Shown here one piece after another: positions 25,015 through 39,535 of a stretch of 64,000 nt of DNA (its first letter is position 1; each line of letters opens with the position of its first letter). The notes beneath the pieces are model-generated. The model saw only the letters and a list, made by a program, of their open reading frames with translations, was not told the origin of the DNA and did no database searches. The DNA lies in NCBI GenBank assembly GCA_032718475.1, contig JAUCBJ010006911.1, positions 21,845 through 85,844 of the forward strand, in the 5' to 3' direction. The stretch comes from Nemertoderma westbladi. Lineage: Eukaryota; Animalia; Xenacoelomorpha. Both the position numbers and the translations under genes were made by a program.

Positions 25015-28000
25015 AGAGAGGACCCCATATATATAGGCCATTTGCTACAGATGACAGTAGATGAGGACCCCATATATATAGGCCATTTGCTACAGATGAC
25101 AGTAGATGAGGACCCCATATATATAGGCCATTTGTTACAGATGACAGTAGATGAGGGCCCCATATATATAGGCCATGCTACAGATGACAGTAGATGAGGG
25201 CCCCATATATATAGGCCATTTGTTACAGATGACAGTAGATGAGGACCCCATATATATAGGCCATTTGTTACAGATGACAGTAGATGAGGGCCCCATATAG
25301 GCCATTTGCTACAGATGACAGTAGATGAGGGCCCCATATATATAGGCCATATGTTACAGATGACCTTAGATGACGGCCCCATATATATAGGCCATTTGTT
25401 ACAGATCACAGTAGATGAGGGCCCCATATATATAGGCCATATGTTACAGATGACCTTAGATGAGGGCCCCATATATATAGGCCATTTGCTACAGATGACA
25501 GTAGATGAGGGCCCCATATATATAGGCCATTTGCTACAGATGACAGTAGATGAGGACCCCATATATATAGGCCATTTGCTACAGATGACAGTAGATGAGG
25601 GCCCCATATATATAGGCCATTTGCTACAGATGACAGTAGATGAGGACCCCATATATATAGGCCATTTGCTACAGATGACAGTAGATGACGGCCCCATATA
25701 TATAGGCCATTTGTTACAGATCACAGTAGATGAGGGCCCCATATATATAGGCCATATGTTACAGATGACCTTAGATGAGGGCCCCATATATATAGGCCAT
25801 ATGTTACAGATGACCTTAGATGAGGACCCCATATATATAGGCCATTTGCTACAGATGACAGTAGATGAGGGCCCCATATATATAAGCCATATGTTACAGA
25901 TGACCTTAGATGAGGGCCCCATATATATAGGCCATATGTTACAGATGACCTTAGATGAGGACCCCATATATATAGGCCATTTGCTACAGATGACAGTAGA
26001 TGAGGGCCCCATATATATAGGCCATTTGCTACAGATGACAGTAGATGAGGGCCCCATATATATAGGCCATATGCTACAGATGACAGTAGATGAGGGCCCC
26101 ATATATATAGGCCATATGTTACAGATGACAGTAGATGAGGACCCCATATATATAGGCCATTTGCTACAGATGACAGTAGATGAGGGCCCCATATATATAG
26201 GCCATTTGCTACAGATGACAGTAGATGAGGACCCCATATATATAGGCCATTTGCTACAGATGACAGTAGATGAGGACCCCATATATATAGGCCATTTGCT
26301 ACAGATGACAGTAGATGAGGACCCCATATATATAGGCCATTTGCTACAGATGACAGTAGATGAGGGCCCCATATATATAGGCCATTTGCTACAGATGACA
26401 GTAGATGAGGGCCCCATATATATAGGCCATTTGCTACAGATGACAGTAGATGAGGACCCCATATATATAGGCCATTTGCTACAGATGACAGTAGATGAGG
26501 ACCCCATATATATAGGCCATTTGCTACAGATGACAGTAGATGAGGGCCCCATATATATAGGCCATTTGTTACAGATGACAGTAGATGAGGGCCCCATATA
26601 GGCCATTTGCTACAGATGACAGTAGATGAGGGCCCCATATATATAGGCCATATGCTACAGATGACAGTAGATGAGGGCCCCATATATATAGGCCATATGT
26701 TACAGATGACAGTAGATGAGGACCCCATATATATAGGCCATATGTTACAGATGACAGTAGATGAGGGCCCCATATATATAGGCCATATGTTACAGATGAC
26801 AGTAGATGAGGGCCCCATATATATAGGCCATATGTTACAGATGACAGTAGATGAGGGCCCCATATATATAGGCCATATGTTACAGATGACAGTAGATGAG
26901 GGCCCCATATATATAGGCCATATGTTACAGATGACAGTAGATGAGGGCCCCATATATATAGGCCATTTGCTACAGATGACAGTAGATGAGGACCCCATAT
27001 ATATAGGCCATTTGTTACAGATGACAGTAGATGAGGGCCCCATATATATAGGCCATATGTTACAGATGACAGTAGATGAGGGCCCCATATATATAGGCCA
27101 TTTGCTACAGATGACAGTAGATGAGGGCCCCATATATATAGGCCATTTGCTACAGATGACAGTAGATGAGGACCCCATATATATAGGCCATTTGCTACAG
27201 ATGACAGTAGATGAGGGCCCCATATATATAGGCCATTTGCTACAGATGACAGTAGATGAGGGCCCCATATATATAGGCCATTTGCTACAGATGACAGTAG
27301 ATGAGGGCCCCATATATATAGGCCATTTGCTACAGATGACAGTAGATGAGGACCCCATATATATAGGCCATTTGCTACAGATGACAGTAGATGAGGACCC
27401 CATATATATAGGCCATATGTTACAGATGACAGTAGATGATGACCCCATATATATAGGCCATTTGCTACAGTTGACAGTAGATGAGGGCCCCATATATATA
27501 GGCCATATGTTACAGATGACAGTAGATGAGGGCCCCATAGGCCATTTGCTACAGATGACAGTAGATGAGGACCCCATATATATAGGCCATTTGTTACAGA
27601 TGACAGTAGATGAGGGCCCCATATATATAGGCCATTTGTTACAGATGACAGTAGATGAGGGCCCCATAGGCCATTTGCTACAGATGACAGTAGATGAGGA
27701 CCCCTTATATATAGGCCATTTGTTACAGATGACAGTAGATGAGGGCCCCATATATATAGGCCATATGTTACAGATGACAGTAGATGAGGACCCCATATAT
27801 ATAGGCCATTTGCTACAGATGACAGTAGATGAGGGCCCCATATATATAGGCCATTTGTTACAGATGACAGTAGATGAGGGCCCCATATATATAGGCCATA
27901 TGTTACAGATGACAGTAGATGAGGGCCCCATATATATAGGCCATATGTTACAGATGACAGTAGATGAGGACCCCATATATATAGGCCATTTGCTACAGAT

Positions 28001-31000
28001 GACAGTAGATGAGGGCCCCATATATATAGGCCATTTGTTACAGATGACAGTAGATGAGGGCCCCATATATATAGGCCATATGTTACAGATGACAGTAGAT
28101 GAGGGCCCCATATAGGCCATATGTTACAGATGACAGTAGATGAGGGCCCCATATATATAGGCCATTTGCTACAGATGACAGTAGATGAGGGCCCCATATA
28201 TATAGGCCATATGTTACAGATGACAGTAGATGATGACCCCATATATATAGGCCATTTGCTACAGATGACAGTAGATGAGGACCCCATATATATAGGCCAT
28301 TTGCTACAGATGACAGTAGATGAGGGCCCCATATATATAGGCCATTTGTTACAGATGACAGTAGATGAGGACCCCATATATATAGGCCATTTGCTACAGA
28401 TGACAGTAGATGAGGGCCCCATATATATAGGCCATATGTTACAGATGACAGTAGATGAGGACCCCATATATATAGGCCATTTGCTACAGATGACAGTAGA
28501 TGAGGGCCCCATATATATAGGCCATATGTTACAGATGACAGTAGATGAGGGCCCCATATATATAGGCCATTTGTTACAGATGACAGTAGATGAGGGCCCC
28601 ATATATATAGGCCATATATTACAGATGACAGTAGATGAGGGCCCCATATATATAGGCCATTTGTTACAGATGACAGTAGATGAGGGCCCCATATATATAG
28701 GCCATATGTTACAGATGACAGTAGATGAGGGCCCCATATATATAGGCCATATGTTACAGATGACAGTAGATGAGGACCCCATATATATAGGCCATTTGCT
28801 ACAGATGACAGTAGATGAGGGCCCCATATAGGCCATTTGCTGCAGGTGACAGTAGATGAGGGCCCCATATATATAGGCCATATGTTACAGATGACAGTAG
28901 ATGAGGGCCCCATATATATAGGCCATATGTTACAGATGACAGTAGATGAGGACCCCATATATATAGGCCATTTGCTACAGATGACAGTAGATGAGGGCCC
29001 CATATATATAGGCCATATGTTACAGATGACAGTAGATGAGGGCCCCATATATATAGGCCATTTGCTGCAGGTGACAGTAGATGAGGGCCCCATATATATA
29101 GGCCATATGTTACAGATGACAGTAGATGAGGGCCCCATATATATAGGCCATATGTTACAGATGACAGTAGATGAGGGCCCCATATATATAGGCCATATGT
29201 TACAGATGACAGTAGATGAGGACCCCATATATATAGGCCATTTGCTACAGATGACAGTAGATGAGGACCCCATATATATAGGCCATTTGCTGCAGGTGAC
29301 AGTAGATGAGGGCCCCATATATATAGGCCATATGTTACAGATGACAGTAGATGAGGGCCCCATATATATAGGCCATATGTTACAGATGACAGTAGATGAG
29401 GACCCCATATATATAGGCCATTTGCTACAGATGACAGTAGATGAGGGCCCCATATATATAGGCCATTTGTTACAGATGACAGTAGATGAGGGCCCCATAT
29501 ATATAGGCCATATGTTACAGATGACAGTAGATGAGGGCCCCATATAGGCCATATGTTACAGATGACAGTAGATGAGGGCCCCATATATATAGGCCATTTG
29601 CTACAGATGACAGTAGATGAGGGCCCCATATATATAGGCCATATGTTACAGATGACAGTAGATGATGACCCCATATATATAGGCCATTTGCTACAGATGA
29701 CAGTAGATGAGGACCCCATATATATAGGCCATTTGCTACAGATGACAGTAGATGAGGGCCCCATATATATAGGCCATTTGTTACAGATGACAGTAGATGA
29801 GGACCCCATATATATAGGCCATTTGCTACAGATGACAGTAGATGAGGGCCCCATATATATAGGCCATATGTTACAGATGACAGTAGATGAGGACCCCATA
29901 TATATAGGCCATTTGCTACAGATGACAGTAGATGAGGGCCCCATATATATAGGCCATTTGTTACAGATGACAGTAGATGAGGGCCCCATATATATAGGCC
30001 ATATGTTACAGATGACAGTAGATGAGGGCCCCATATAGGCCATATGTTACAGATGATAGTAGATGAGGGCCCCATATATATAGGCCATTTGCTACAGATG
30101 ACAGTAGATGAGGGCCCCATATATATAGGCCATATGTTACAGATGACAGTAGATGATGACCCCATATATATAGGCCATTTGCTACAGATGACAGTAGATG
30201 AGGACCCCATATATATAGGCCATTTGCTACAGATGACAGTAGATGAGGGCCCCATATATATAGGCCATTTGCTACAGATGACAGTAGATGAGGGCCCCAT
30301 ATATATAGGCCATATGCTACAGATGACAGTAGATGAGGGCCCCATATATATAGGCCATTTGCTACAGATGACAGTAGATGAGGACCCCATATATATAGGC
30401 CATTTGCTACAGATGACAGTAGATGAGGGCCCCATATATATAGGCCATATGTTACAGATGACAGTAGATGATGACCCCATATATATAGGCCATTTGCTAC
30501 AGATGACAGTAGATGAGGACCCCATATATATAGGCCATTTGCTACAGATGACAGTAGATGAGGGCCCCATATATATAGGCCATTTGCTACAGATGACAGT
30601 AGATGAGGGCCCCATATATATAGGCCATATGCTACAGATGACAGTAGATGAGGACCCCATATATATAGGCCATTTGCTACAGATGACAGTAGATGAGGAC
30701 CCCATATATATAGGCCATTTGTTACAGATGACAGTAGATGAGGACCCCATATATATAGGCCATTTGCTACAGATGACAGTAGATGAGGGCCCCATATATA
30801 TAGGCCATATGCTACAGATGACAGTAGATGAGGGCCCCATATATATAGGCCATATGTTACAGATGACAGTAGATGAGGGCCCCATATATATAGGCCATAT
30901 GCTACAGATGACAGTAGATGAGGACCCCATATATATAGGCCATTTGTTACAGATGACAGTAGATGAGGACCCCATATATATAGGCCATTTGCTACAGATG

Positions 31001-31063
31001 ACAGTAGATGAGGACCCCATATATATAGGCCATATGTTACAGATGACAGTAGATGATGACCCC
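25015..31063. repeat. 45-bp minisatellite, about 135 copies (ccccatatatataggccatttgctacagatgacagtagatgaggg)
   Basis: Periodicity; TA-run length variants shift the frame of the spurious ORFs. Confidence 0.97.
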
Positions 31064-31246
31064 ACTACCAACTGCATATGTGAAGTGAACTGACATCCGT
31101 TGTGTGGTAGCTGCCCCGAGAGCCAAGTCACCTACACATATTATAACCATAGAGATAGCAATTAATACAGAAGTCAACATGGGAAAAATTAGAATTCGGA
31201 CATCAAGTGTCCTACTGGCGTCAACTATCGCCTGGTCGGATGCATG

Positions 31247-32621
31247 TCAACACTTGTACAGGAGAAGGAGTTGGCTTGAGTGTTGGGCTAACGCTTTCTG
31301 TGTCTCCTGTCAGGCCCAACACTTGTACAGGAGAAGGAGTTGGCTTGATTGTTGGGCTAACGCTTTCTGTGTCTCCAGTCAGGCCCAACACTTGTACAGG
31401 AGAAGGAGTTGGCTTGAGTGTTGGGCTAACGCTTTCTGTGTCTCCAATCAGGCCCAACACTTGTACAGGAGAAGGAGTTGGCTTGAGTGTTGGGCTAACG
31501 CTTTCTGTGTCTCCGCCGAACACTTGTACAGGAGAAGGAGTTGGCTTGAGTGTTGGGCTAACGCTTTCTGTGTCTCCTGTCAGGCCGAACACTTGTACAG
31601 GGGAAGGAGTTGGCTTGAGTGATGGGCTAACGCTTTCTGTGTCTCCAGTCCGGCACAACACTTGTACAGGAGAAGGAGTAGGCTTGAGTGTTGGGCTAAC
31701 GCATTCTGTGTCTCCAGTCAGGCCGAACACTTGTGCAGGAGAAGGAGTTGGCTTGAGTGTTGGGCTAACGCTTTCTGTGTCTCCAGTCAGGCCCAACACT
31801 TGTACAGGAGAAGGAGTTGGCTTGAGTGTTGGGCTAAAGCTTTCTGTGTCTCCAGTCAGGCCCAATACTTGTACAGGAGAAGGAGTTGGCTTGAGTGTTG
31901 GGCTAACGCTTTTTGTGTCTCCAGTCAGGCTGAACACTTGTACAGGGGAAGGAGTTGGCTTGAGTGTTGGGCTAACGCTTTCTGTGTCTCCAGTCAGGCC
32001 CAACACTTGTACAGGAGAAGGAGTTGGCTTGAGTGTTGGGCTAACGCTTTCTGTGTCTCCAGTCAGGCCCAACCTTTGTACAGGAGAAGGAGTTGGCGTG
32101 AGTGTTGGGCTAACGCTTTCTGTGTCTCCAGTCAGGCTGAACACTTGTACAGGAGAAGGAATTGGCTTGAGTATTGGGCTAACGCTTTCTGTGTCTCCTG
32201 TCAGGCCCAACACTTGTACAGGAGAAGGAGTTGGCGTGAGTGTTGGGCTAACGCTTTCTGTGACTCCTGTCAGGCCCAACACTTGTACAGGAGAAGGAGT
32301 TGGCGTGAGTGTTGGGCTAACGCTTTCTGTGTCTCCAGTCAGGCCCAACACTTGTACAGGAGAAGGAGTTGGCTTGAGTGTTGGGCTAACGCTTTCTGTG
32401 TCTCCAGTAAGGCCCAGTACTTGTACAGGAGAAGGAGTTGGCTTGAGTGTTGGGCTAACGCTTTTTGTGTCTCCAGTCAGGCTGAACACTTGTACAGGAG
32501 AAGGAGTTGGCTTGAGTGTTGGGCTAACGCTTTCTGTGTCTCCTGTCAGGCCCAACACTTGTACAGGAGAAGGAGTTGGCGTGAGTGTTGGGCTAACGCT
32601 TTCTGTGTCTCCTGTCAGGCC
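31247..32621. repeat. 69-bp minisatellite, about 20 copies
   Basis: 23-aa period in the ORF track; unit begins aacacttgtacaggagaaggagttggc. Confidence 0.95.
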
Positions 32622-33059
32622 TGATGGTGAAGTTCTGATTGGAGGAGACCTAAGCTTCTAGACCAAGACATTGCCTGTATCTAAAAGTGCTCGTTGACAT
32701 CCAGTCAGGGATATCACGGTTTCTGAATTACTCTGAGTTGCAACTTTTCAGATAAATCTTGTGGTGTTGACGGTGTACCACATGAGGTTTTCATGTGCAT
32801 GAATATCTAATCCATTCCATTTTCTACATCATATATTGCTCAAAGAGTGTACCACAATAACTGAACAATAACAGGTTATTTTTACTTTCTCATGAAAGTG
32901 AACTTGAGACTAACTGATATATCATAAATCACTTACACCTAGACGAGTTCCTATAATAAAAATGTATATTAAGGAACACCTCGAAAACACAGCTTGCCAA
33001 CATATTGTTAATATCATTAATATCACTCATGTGTGATATTATGTTACCAGATTGAATTC

Positions 33060-33740
33060 GTTTACAGGGGTTTTAATTGCGTGGAAACTAAATGGCTTCC
33101 GAAAAGGTAGAAGAACCCTTCCCAAGTGCTCATTATGGCACTCTGGTGAATTGAATTAAATACAAAGAAAGATAGACATCTAGTTACCATCATTGTAGAC
33201 TTCGTCAAGGGTTTCGTCTTTGTCTCATTCCCTTGCATGCATTCCTCATGATCTGTCAGAAATACTGGGTAGTACTATGACTAAGCTAGAACAGGTGGCA
33301 TGGAATGTTGGGCAATTTGTAAATGTTACAAATACTAAAATTATGACTGAATACTAGGATACCATCAGATTATTGGTAATCAATATGTTCAGTCAATGGT
33401 TTGCGGGGCTTGTCACATAGAATACTTCTGCAACCGAATAGGGTCTTGGATTAGGAGATCCATTCTAAAGACCTACAATTACGAAAGGGCAATGTGTGGT
33501 CTTAGGCAAGGCGTGGTCTAAGCAAGGCGTGGTCTATGCAAGGCGTGGTCTACGTTTAATAAACTATCATAGAGTTAGTAAATAATCTGGAATCAAACAT
33601 TACATGTAGGTTTTTTTCCGGGCAGCAGTAGATCTTGTGCTGCCATATGGCAGTTCCTACCGGATCTCTTGATGGTGTTTACACCAGGATGTGTCCCATA
33701 AAACTAATCACTCGCTTAATAAATGAGACATTGTACTTTA
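33060..33740 (+). mobile_element. Highly degraded RTE RT remnant in sense orientation
   Basis: aatggcttccgaaaaggtaga (NGFRKGR), gtagacttcgtcaagg, gggtcttggatt and cttgatggtgtttacaccagg are collinear with the RTE copies. Confidence 0.6.
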
Positions 33741-33765
33741 AGTAAATTGCCTTGTTTGTTAAGTA

Positions 33766-36550
33766 TACTACTACTAGGATCGGCATGCTGCATTGCAGCT
33801 GCATTTTTAAGAATACTGTGCCGGCTTGTCGACAAAATTGCGCCGCCACAACGCCCTATCACCCATGATATTTGCTAGATCATCGTCATCCTCAAGATCA
33901 GATTCGTCTCAAGAAAGTCATGGGCTGTCCACCATGCTTATTCACTCCATGAGGCTGCCAAAGTACAAGATTATGCACTGGCTGTTCCTCACGGCGAAAG
34001 CAATGTCCTGCAAAGCGGAGGCGACTTTGGTCTAGTGTCAAGCTTGGGGGAACCAATGAGACACCTCCAATGTTATATAGTGTCTGGATGGAGATGTGTG
34101 CATTGTACTTGACACAATGAACCCGGCGTAGCATTCTTGTGAATGTGCCATCGAGAGATTTGGTGTCCTCAGCAGTTAGAGCCCAGCATGGACTCCCATA
34201 GAGGAGTACTGGAACTACTGCTGCTCTAAATAATCGGACCTTAAGTTTCCGATTAATTCTCGGTGACTTACAAATCCTGGAAAGCCTATTCAAGGCTGCC
34301 CATGCCTTTCCCTTACGTATTCGATGGTCCTCATCTGACTTCCAGATCCATGATCCCAGGTAACAGAACTCATCCACATGCTCAAGCATACCATCATTTG
34401 AGCTTATGCTCATCCGGTAAGAGACTTGCTGATGATTTTCAAAGTTAACTGTCAACATTTTGGACTATCTGGAGTTAATAAAAAGACCAACACTAGAAGC
34501 AGCCTGTTCTAATGAGCTGAGGAGCCGTTGGGCTCCCTCTAGTGATTCTGAGAGTACTCCTAAGCCATCAGCAAAGTCTAGATCAGTTAGGTACTTGGTA
34601 GGATTTCCTCGACTTCTGGAGCCAGTAGGTGGAGTTATCATCACCCCATCATTATTATGATGATCTAAGGACATGCGTAGAACATAGTCAACCACAATAA
34701 TGAACAAGAATGGTGCAAGTGTGTCTCCTTGGAGGACGCCCCATAACACTTCAAATGGTTCTGTGTCACCGTCAACAGTAGACACAAATGTTGTCGAACC
34801 ATCGTATACTGATCTGATTTCATCAGAAATCTCATATAATGAAAGTATGCTGAACATAGTTGAGCGAGAGTCTGAATCAAAGGCCTTAAAGAAGTCAACA
34901 AAATATAACAGCCAGATGCCTGTCTTTCCTTTTTGATATCTCTTCAATTATCCTTCTAAGTGCCAAAATGGCCTCCATGGTCCCACGACCTTTACGGAAC
35001 CCATTCTGATTTCCACGGAGCAGTCTCTCAATGAGATCCCTGATGCGATTTAATAGAATTCTATTGTATAGCTTTGCAGCAATAGAGATCAATGAAATTC
35101 CCCGAAAAGAACCATAGAGTGTTAGGTTGCCCCTCTTGGCAACTGGCACCAACTTATTTGTTTTCATTTATTGTGGGACTCTTGTTGTTCGGTACATGTC
35201 TACTATGATGGGATAGATGAGCTTTAAACACTCAGGTATTTTAAAGACCTCAGGGGGAACACCATCTACTCCACTGGCACGATTGGTCTTAATGCTCTTT
35301 GCAGCAGCCTTCACTTCTGCAATGGAGATATCGCCAATGGGAATATCTGGGAGTACAGACTCAAGACACTTTTACTTCTATAAAGTTATCAGGCAATACC
35401 CTGTCATTATTGAGGAGCTTTTCAAAGTGGGCCTTCCAACCATTGCGGCATTGAGGCGATCGGCTGGTGATTCAGCCTTAACCTTGGTGGTTGGTTGGCT
35501 TTTACGCCCAGTAAGCAAGTTGATCGATTTCCATGCCTGGGATGATTGCCTGCTGTCGTATGTCATCAACCTGTTGGTTTATTAGCTCCTGTAGATTAGC
35601 AGAGTACTGCCTGTTCAGGGACCTAGATGCAGCTTTAACTGCATTCTTCGCCGCTGTAGTCTGTTTGAGTCGGGACTCTTTCTGTGACTGGATCCGAGTT
35701 GGCGAGGGATCCCGACCGGTGTGTGTTTCGAGTTGTATAGGCAATACGCGTTGCCGCGTCCACTTAGTCACTGAAAGGCCGTTAAGGGGCTGAAAGGCCG
35801 ACAGGCCGGTTTAACAAAGCTAGAGTTTGGGGTAAACCCATTTATTGTTGTTGATAATTTCAGATGTATGAGTACCGGTAATATAGCACAATCAGAATTA
35901 CACAATGGCAGCAGTAACGACAACGGTTTAAACCATTTAACTTCTACCCTGAGTAATAGCCAACTGAATCATAATTAACACTGAGTAATAGTTATATGGA
36001 CATTACATGGAAGGTTACACACATTGCTTACTGTATTGACCTACCAATAGATACGCGCTAATTGATGGTGTACCACCCCACTATTGGTTGGTTTACCTGT
36101 CCTAGCCACTCCCTGTCTTTCCTGGCCCTGTGTTGGCTTCCCTCTGAGATGTATTGCTATCTCTCTCTCTAGCTGGAAATATATCGCCTTATTCCATCTG
36201 GTATGCAATATTGCGTTGGGCAATACTGCATATCTAATCGTGATTCGTAAATCACGATTTCCCCATTTTCTTGTTGGGTGGTGCAGCGGATTGGATCCGC
36301 TAACACTTTCTGCGCCTTATAGAGATCATTTCGGCACTTCTGAATTTTGTTGTCAGTCCAGGGGGCCCTTTTCCTGTTTCGAGGGTATACAGGAACTGTT
36401 TCTGCAGCTGCTAATTTAACTGCTTCTGTGAAGGCAGTATAGCCCTCGCAGTGATCTGCCGCCTCAGAGGCAATAACCTCATACCTGTTGCTCAGCTGTA
36501 GTATGAAGCTGGACCTCACACTTGGCTGTTGCAACAGAGAGGACCAGTCA
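33766..36550 (-). mobile_element. RTE-clade LINE, 5' truncated, with (GTA)n tail; interrupted by a solo LTR
   Basis: High similarity to 10978-13140; tail tactactactag; possible TSD aagtata. Confidence 0.92.
35683..36305 (-). mobile_element. Solo LTR (623 bp) nested in the RTE
   Basis: TG...CA with IR tgt..(c/t)ggatcc; 5-bp TSD ctttc at 35678-35682 and 36306-36310; removing it restores the RTE sequence. Confidence 0.88.
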
Positions 36551-36779
36551 AGTATAAGTTAAGTTAAGTTAAGTAAGTATACTTAATTCACCCACTACTA
36601 AGGGGGTTGGAGGTGAAAGTATGTTACAAATGTTATGCAATCTAACTAAGATATGACAAAAAAAAAATTTGGGGGGGGGGGGGGGGAGGGGGGGGTGTGC
36701 GCTGGAATTAAGACACTTTATTCCAGGAGATGGAATAGCCGTTTGTCAGATATAATAACATGTATTTACCCCGCTGTAG

Positions 36780-36896
36780 TATGCAACTGATGCACCTCTT
36801 ATGGTGTTTCTTACTGATACGCAAAAAAAGTTTTACACCACAATGACACAATTTGGCTCGAAGAAAAAGCCCAAGAAGAATATAAATAGACCGCAG
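36780..36896 (+). CDS. Nav2: Nav2 DIII-DIV linker exon, alternative A (YATDAPLMVFLTDTQKKFYTTMTQFGSKKKPKKNINRPQ), gate motif VFL
   Basis: ctgtag acceptor, gttaga donor, 117 nt, phase 0/0, no stop; aligns to the IFMT/MFLT-x-x-Q-K-x-Y-Y...GSKKP...RP linker. Not in the ORF track. Confidence 0.88.
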
Positions 36897-37504
36897 GTTA
36901 GATAAAATTACCGGGGAAATTTATCGAAACTAATTATATAGTTTCTATAGCGGAATCATTCTCATTAAACATTATTGCTGTTTCATTATCATCATCTTAC
37001 TAATTATTAACCGTATTGAATTCTGACTTGGGAGATTTGGCCCACCAATCAAGGTAATTTCCGATAACGTATAATAGGATATATAAAGCATCATGTTTAT
37101 CTTATTTTAATCAAATTGGTTTTATATTTTATTGTGTTGCAGTAATTCGTTACAATTACTGATTGATTATTTAGTAGCTCTATTGAGGCTGTTGGTTGCC
37201 GATGTTTTTCCCTTATTGTAATAAGATAAGCCCAAGAAAACATAAGTAAATAAATAAATCAAAAGCATAAATAAATTAGGTTATAAAAAGGTTATATTAT
37301 GTAAAAGGGACACAAAACTAAAATTTTACTGGTAGTTATGTAGTGAATGCCGTGGACTGCCTGATGCTTTACCTGTATTTGTATTTGTATTTGTACTTTA
37401 TTTTATCATTATTTTACTTTATAGCTTTACATTTATATCTGCACTGATGGTTTCTTCCAGGATGTATAATTATTAGACATATTTTATGTGGGTGAGTGGG
37501 TGAG

Positions 37505-38810
37505 TGAGTTTATTGGAGGTCATATCGGAATGGTTAGAGAGCCCGACTTTCAACCTGCTCGCCACCTCGAACTCTTGTGTGGATGAGTGGGTTTATTGGA
37601 GGTCATATCGGAATGATTAGAGTGCCCGACTTCCAACCTGCTCGCCACCTCGAACTCTTGTGTGGATGAGTGGGTTTATTGGAGGTCATATCGGAATGGT
37701 TAGAGTGCCTAACTTCCAACCTGCTCGCCACCTCGAACTCTTGTGTGGATGAGTGGGTTTATTGGAGGTCATATCGGAATGGTTAGAGTGCCTGACTTCC
37801 AACCTGCTCGCCACCTCGAACTCTTGTGTGGATGAGTGGGTTTATTGGAGGTCATATCGGAATGGTTAGAGTGCCCGACTTCCAACCTGCTCGCCACCTC
37901 GAACTCTTGTGTGGATGAGTGGGTTTATTGGAGGTCATATCGGAATGGTTAGAGTGCCCGACTTCCAACCTGCTCGCCACCTCGAACTCTTGTGTGGATG
38001 AGTGGGTTTATTGGAGGTCATATCGGAATGGTTAGAGTGCCCGACTTCCAACCTGCTCGCCACCTCGAACTCTTGTGTGGATGAGTGGGTTTATTGGAGG
38101 TCATATCGGAATGGTTAGAGTGCCTGACTTCCAACCTGCTCGCCACCTCGAACTCTTGTGTGGATGAGTGGGTTTATTGGAGGTCATATCGGAATGGTTA
38201 GAGAGCCCGACTTTCAACCTGCTCGCCACCTCGAACTCTTGTGTGGATGAGTGGGTTTATTGGAGGTCATATCGGAATGATTAGAGTGCCCGACTTCCAA
38301 CCTGCTCGCCACCTCGAACTCTTGTGTGGATGAGTGGGTTTATTGGAGGTCATATCGGAATGGTTAGAGTGCCTAACTTCCAACCTGCTCGCCACCTCGA
38401 ACTCTTGTGTGGATGAGTGGGTTTATTGGAGGTCATATCGGAATGGTTAGAGTGCCTGACTTCCAACCTGCTCGCCACCTCGAACTCTTGTGTGGATGAG
38501 TGGGTTTATTGGAGGTCATATCGGAATGGTTAGAGTGCCCGACTTCCAACCTGCTCGCCACCTCGAACTCTTGTGTGGATGAGTGGGTTTATTGGAGGTC
38601 ATATCGGAATGGTTAGAGTGCCTAACTTCCAACCTGCTTGCCACCTCGAACTCTTGTGTGGATGAGTGGGTTTATTGGAGGTCATATCGGAATGGTTAGA
38701 GTGCCCGACTTCCAACCTGCTCGCCACCTCGAACTCTTGTGTGGATGAGTGGGTTTATTGGAGGTCATATCGGAATGGTTAGAGTGCCCGACTTCCAACC
38801 TGCTCGTAAC
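37505..38810 (+). repeat. 83-bp minisatellite, about 16 copies, lying between linker exons A and B
   Basis: Period measured from 37511 to 37594; the unit contains a tRNA 5'-half/A-box-like segment (ggtcatatcggaatggttagagtgcccgacttcca). Confidence 0.95.
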
Positions 38811-39006
38811 CTGCTGACAACCCTGCTACCCTTTCCCAACGAATATTGTAATAGTACTTAAAATGGAAAAGATTTTGTTGAATATGTTTGGATGTTTTAA
38901 GATTGCTTCAGATAAAGTTTATCTCCGATATGAATAAAAACAATTACAGAATATAAATAACGTTCGCAAACTATGGACTTTCAATAATAATCGATTAATA
39001 TTTCAG

Positions 39007-39132
39007 TCGGTAGATTTCGTCGACTACATGGGCATTATTCTCACAGATCGGCAGACTAATTACTATATCACACTGAAGCGGGTTGTAGATAGTGTAGCCC
39101 ACAGACCGTCACCTGGGTTGGCTAAACCCAAG
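39007..39132 (+). CDS. Nav2: Nav2 DIII-DIV linker exon, alternative B (SVDFVDYMGIILTDRQTNYYITLKRVVDSVAHRPSPGLAKPK), gate motif IIL
   Basis: tttcag acceptor, gtacta donor (weaker), 126 nt, phase 0/0, no stop; keeps LT-D-x-Q-x-x-YY-x-T-L-K-R and terminal PK; most diverged copy. Confidence 0.75.
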
Positions 39133-39535
39133 GTACTATACAAATACTACCAAACCGAAATTCCCATTTTCCACAATGTTTTTACTTACACTTTAATCCA
39201 CCCCAAACCCTTTATTAAACTGTTTTTTTAACCCGATTTTTTTGCTGTAAACCTGCTAAATAATGCTAAATAATGCTAAATAATGCTTTACTGAAGATTA
39301 AAGATATTAATTAAAATTTATCCGTTTTTGGTAAATCATTTAAAACAAAAATTTAAAATTGTTGTGACTTGGTGTGAATATTAAAACTGGCCGATCTGAT
39401 GCAACGATCCAACCAACGACACTGTGTAATTTAAATCATTCAGTGTGTTATCGTATATTAATTGACATTTATTTGTGTTTTGGGTTTTACTTACTATATT
39501 TTCTGCTACTTTTCCACGCTGCTTTACAATCACAG

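Noticed and set aside
24897-32661. Long ORFs of 160-800 aa on both strands, including a mucin-like PTPSP repeat
   Set aside because: Products of the 45-bp and 69-bp minisatellites; open on both strands with no unique domains.
37195-37250. aagcccaagaaaacata resembling the end of linker exon A
   Set aside because: In-frame stops on both sides and no usable acceptor; at most a decayed trace.
37505-38810. tRNA gene array
   Set aside because: Only a 5'-half resemblance; no T-arm or acceptor stem within the unit.
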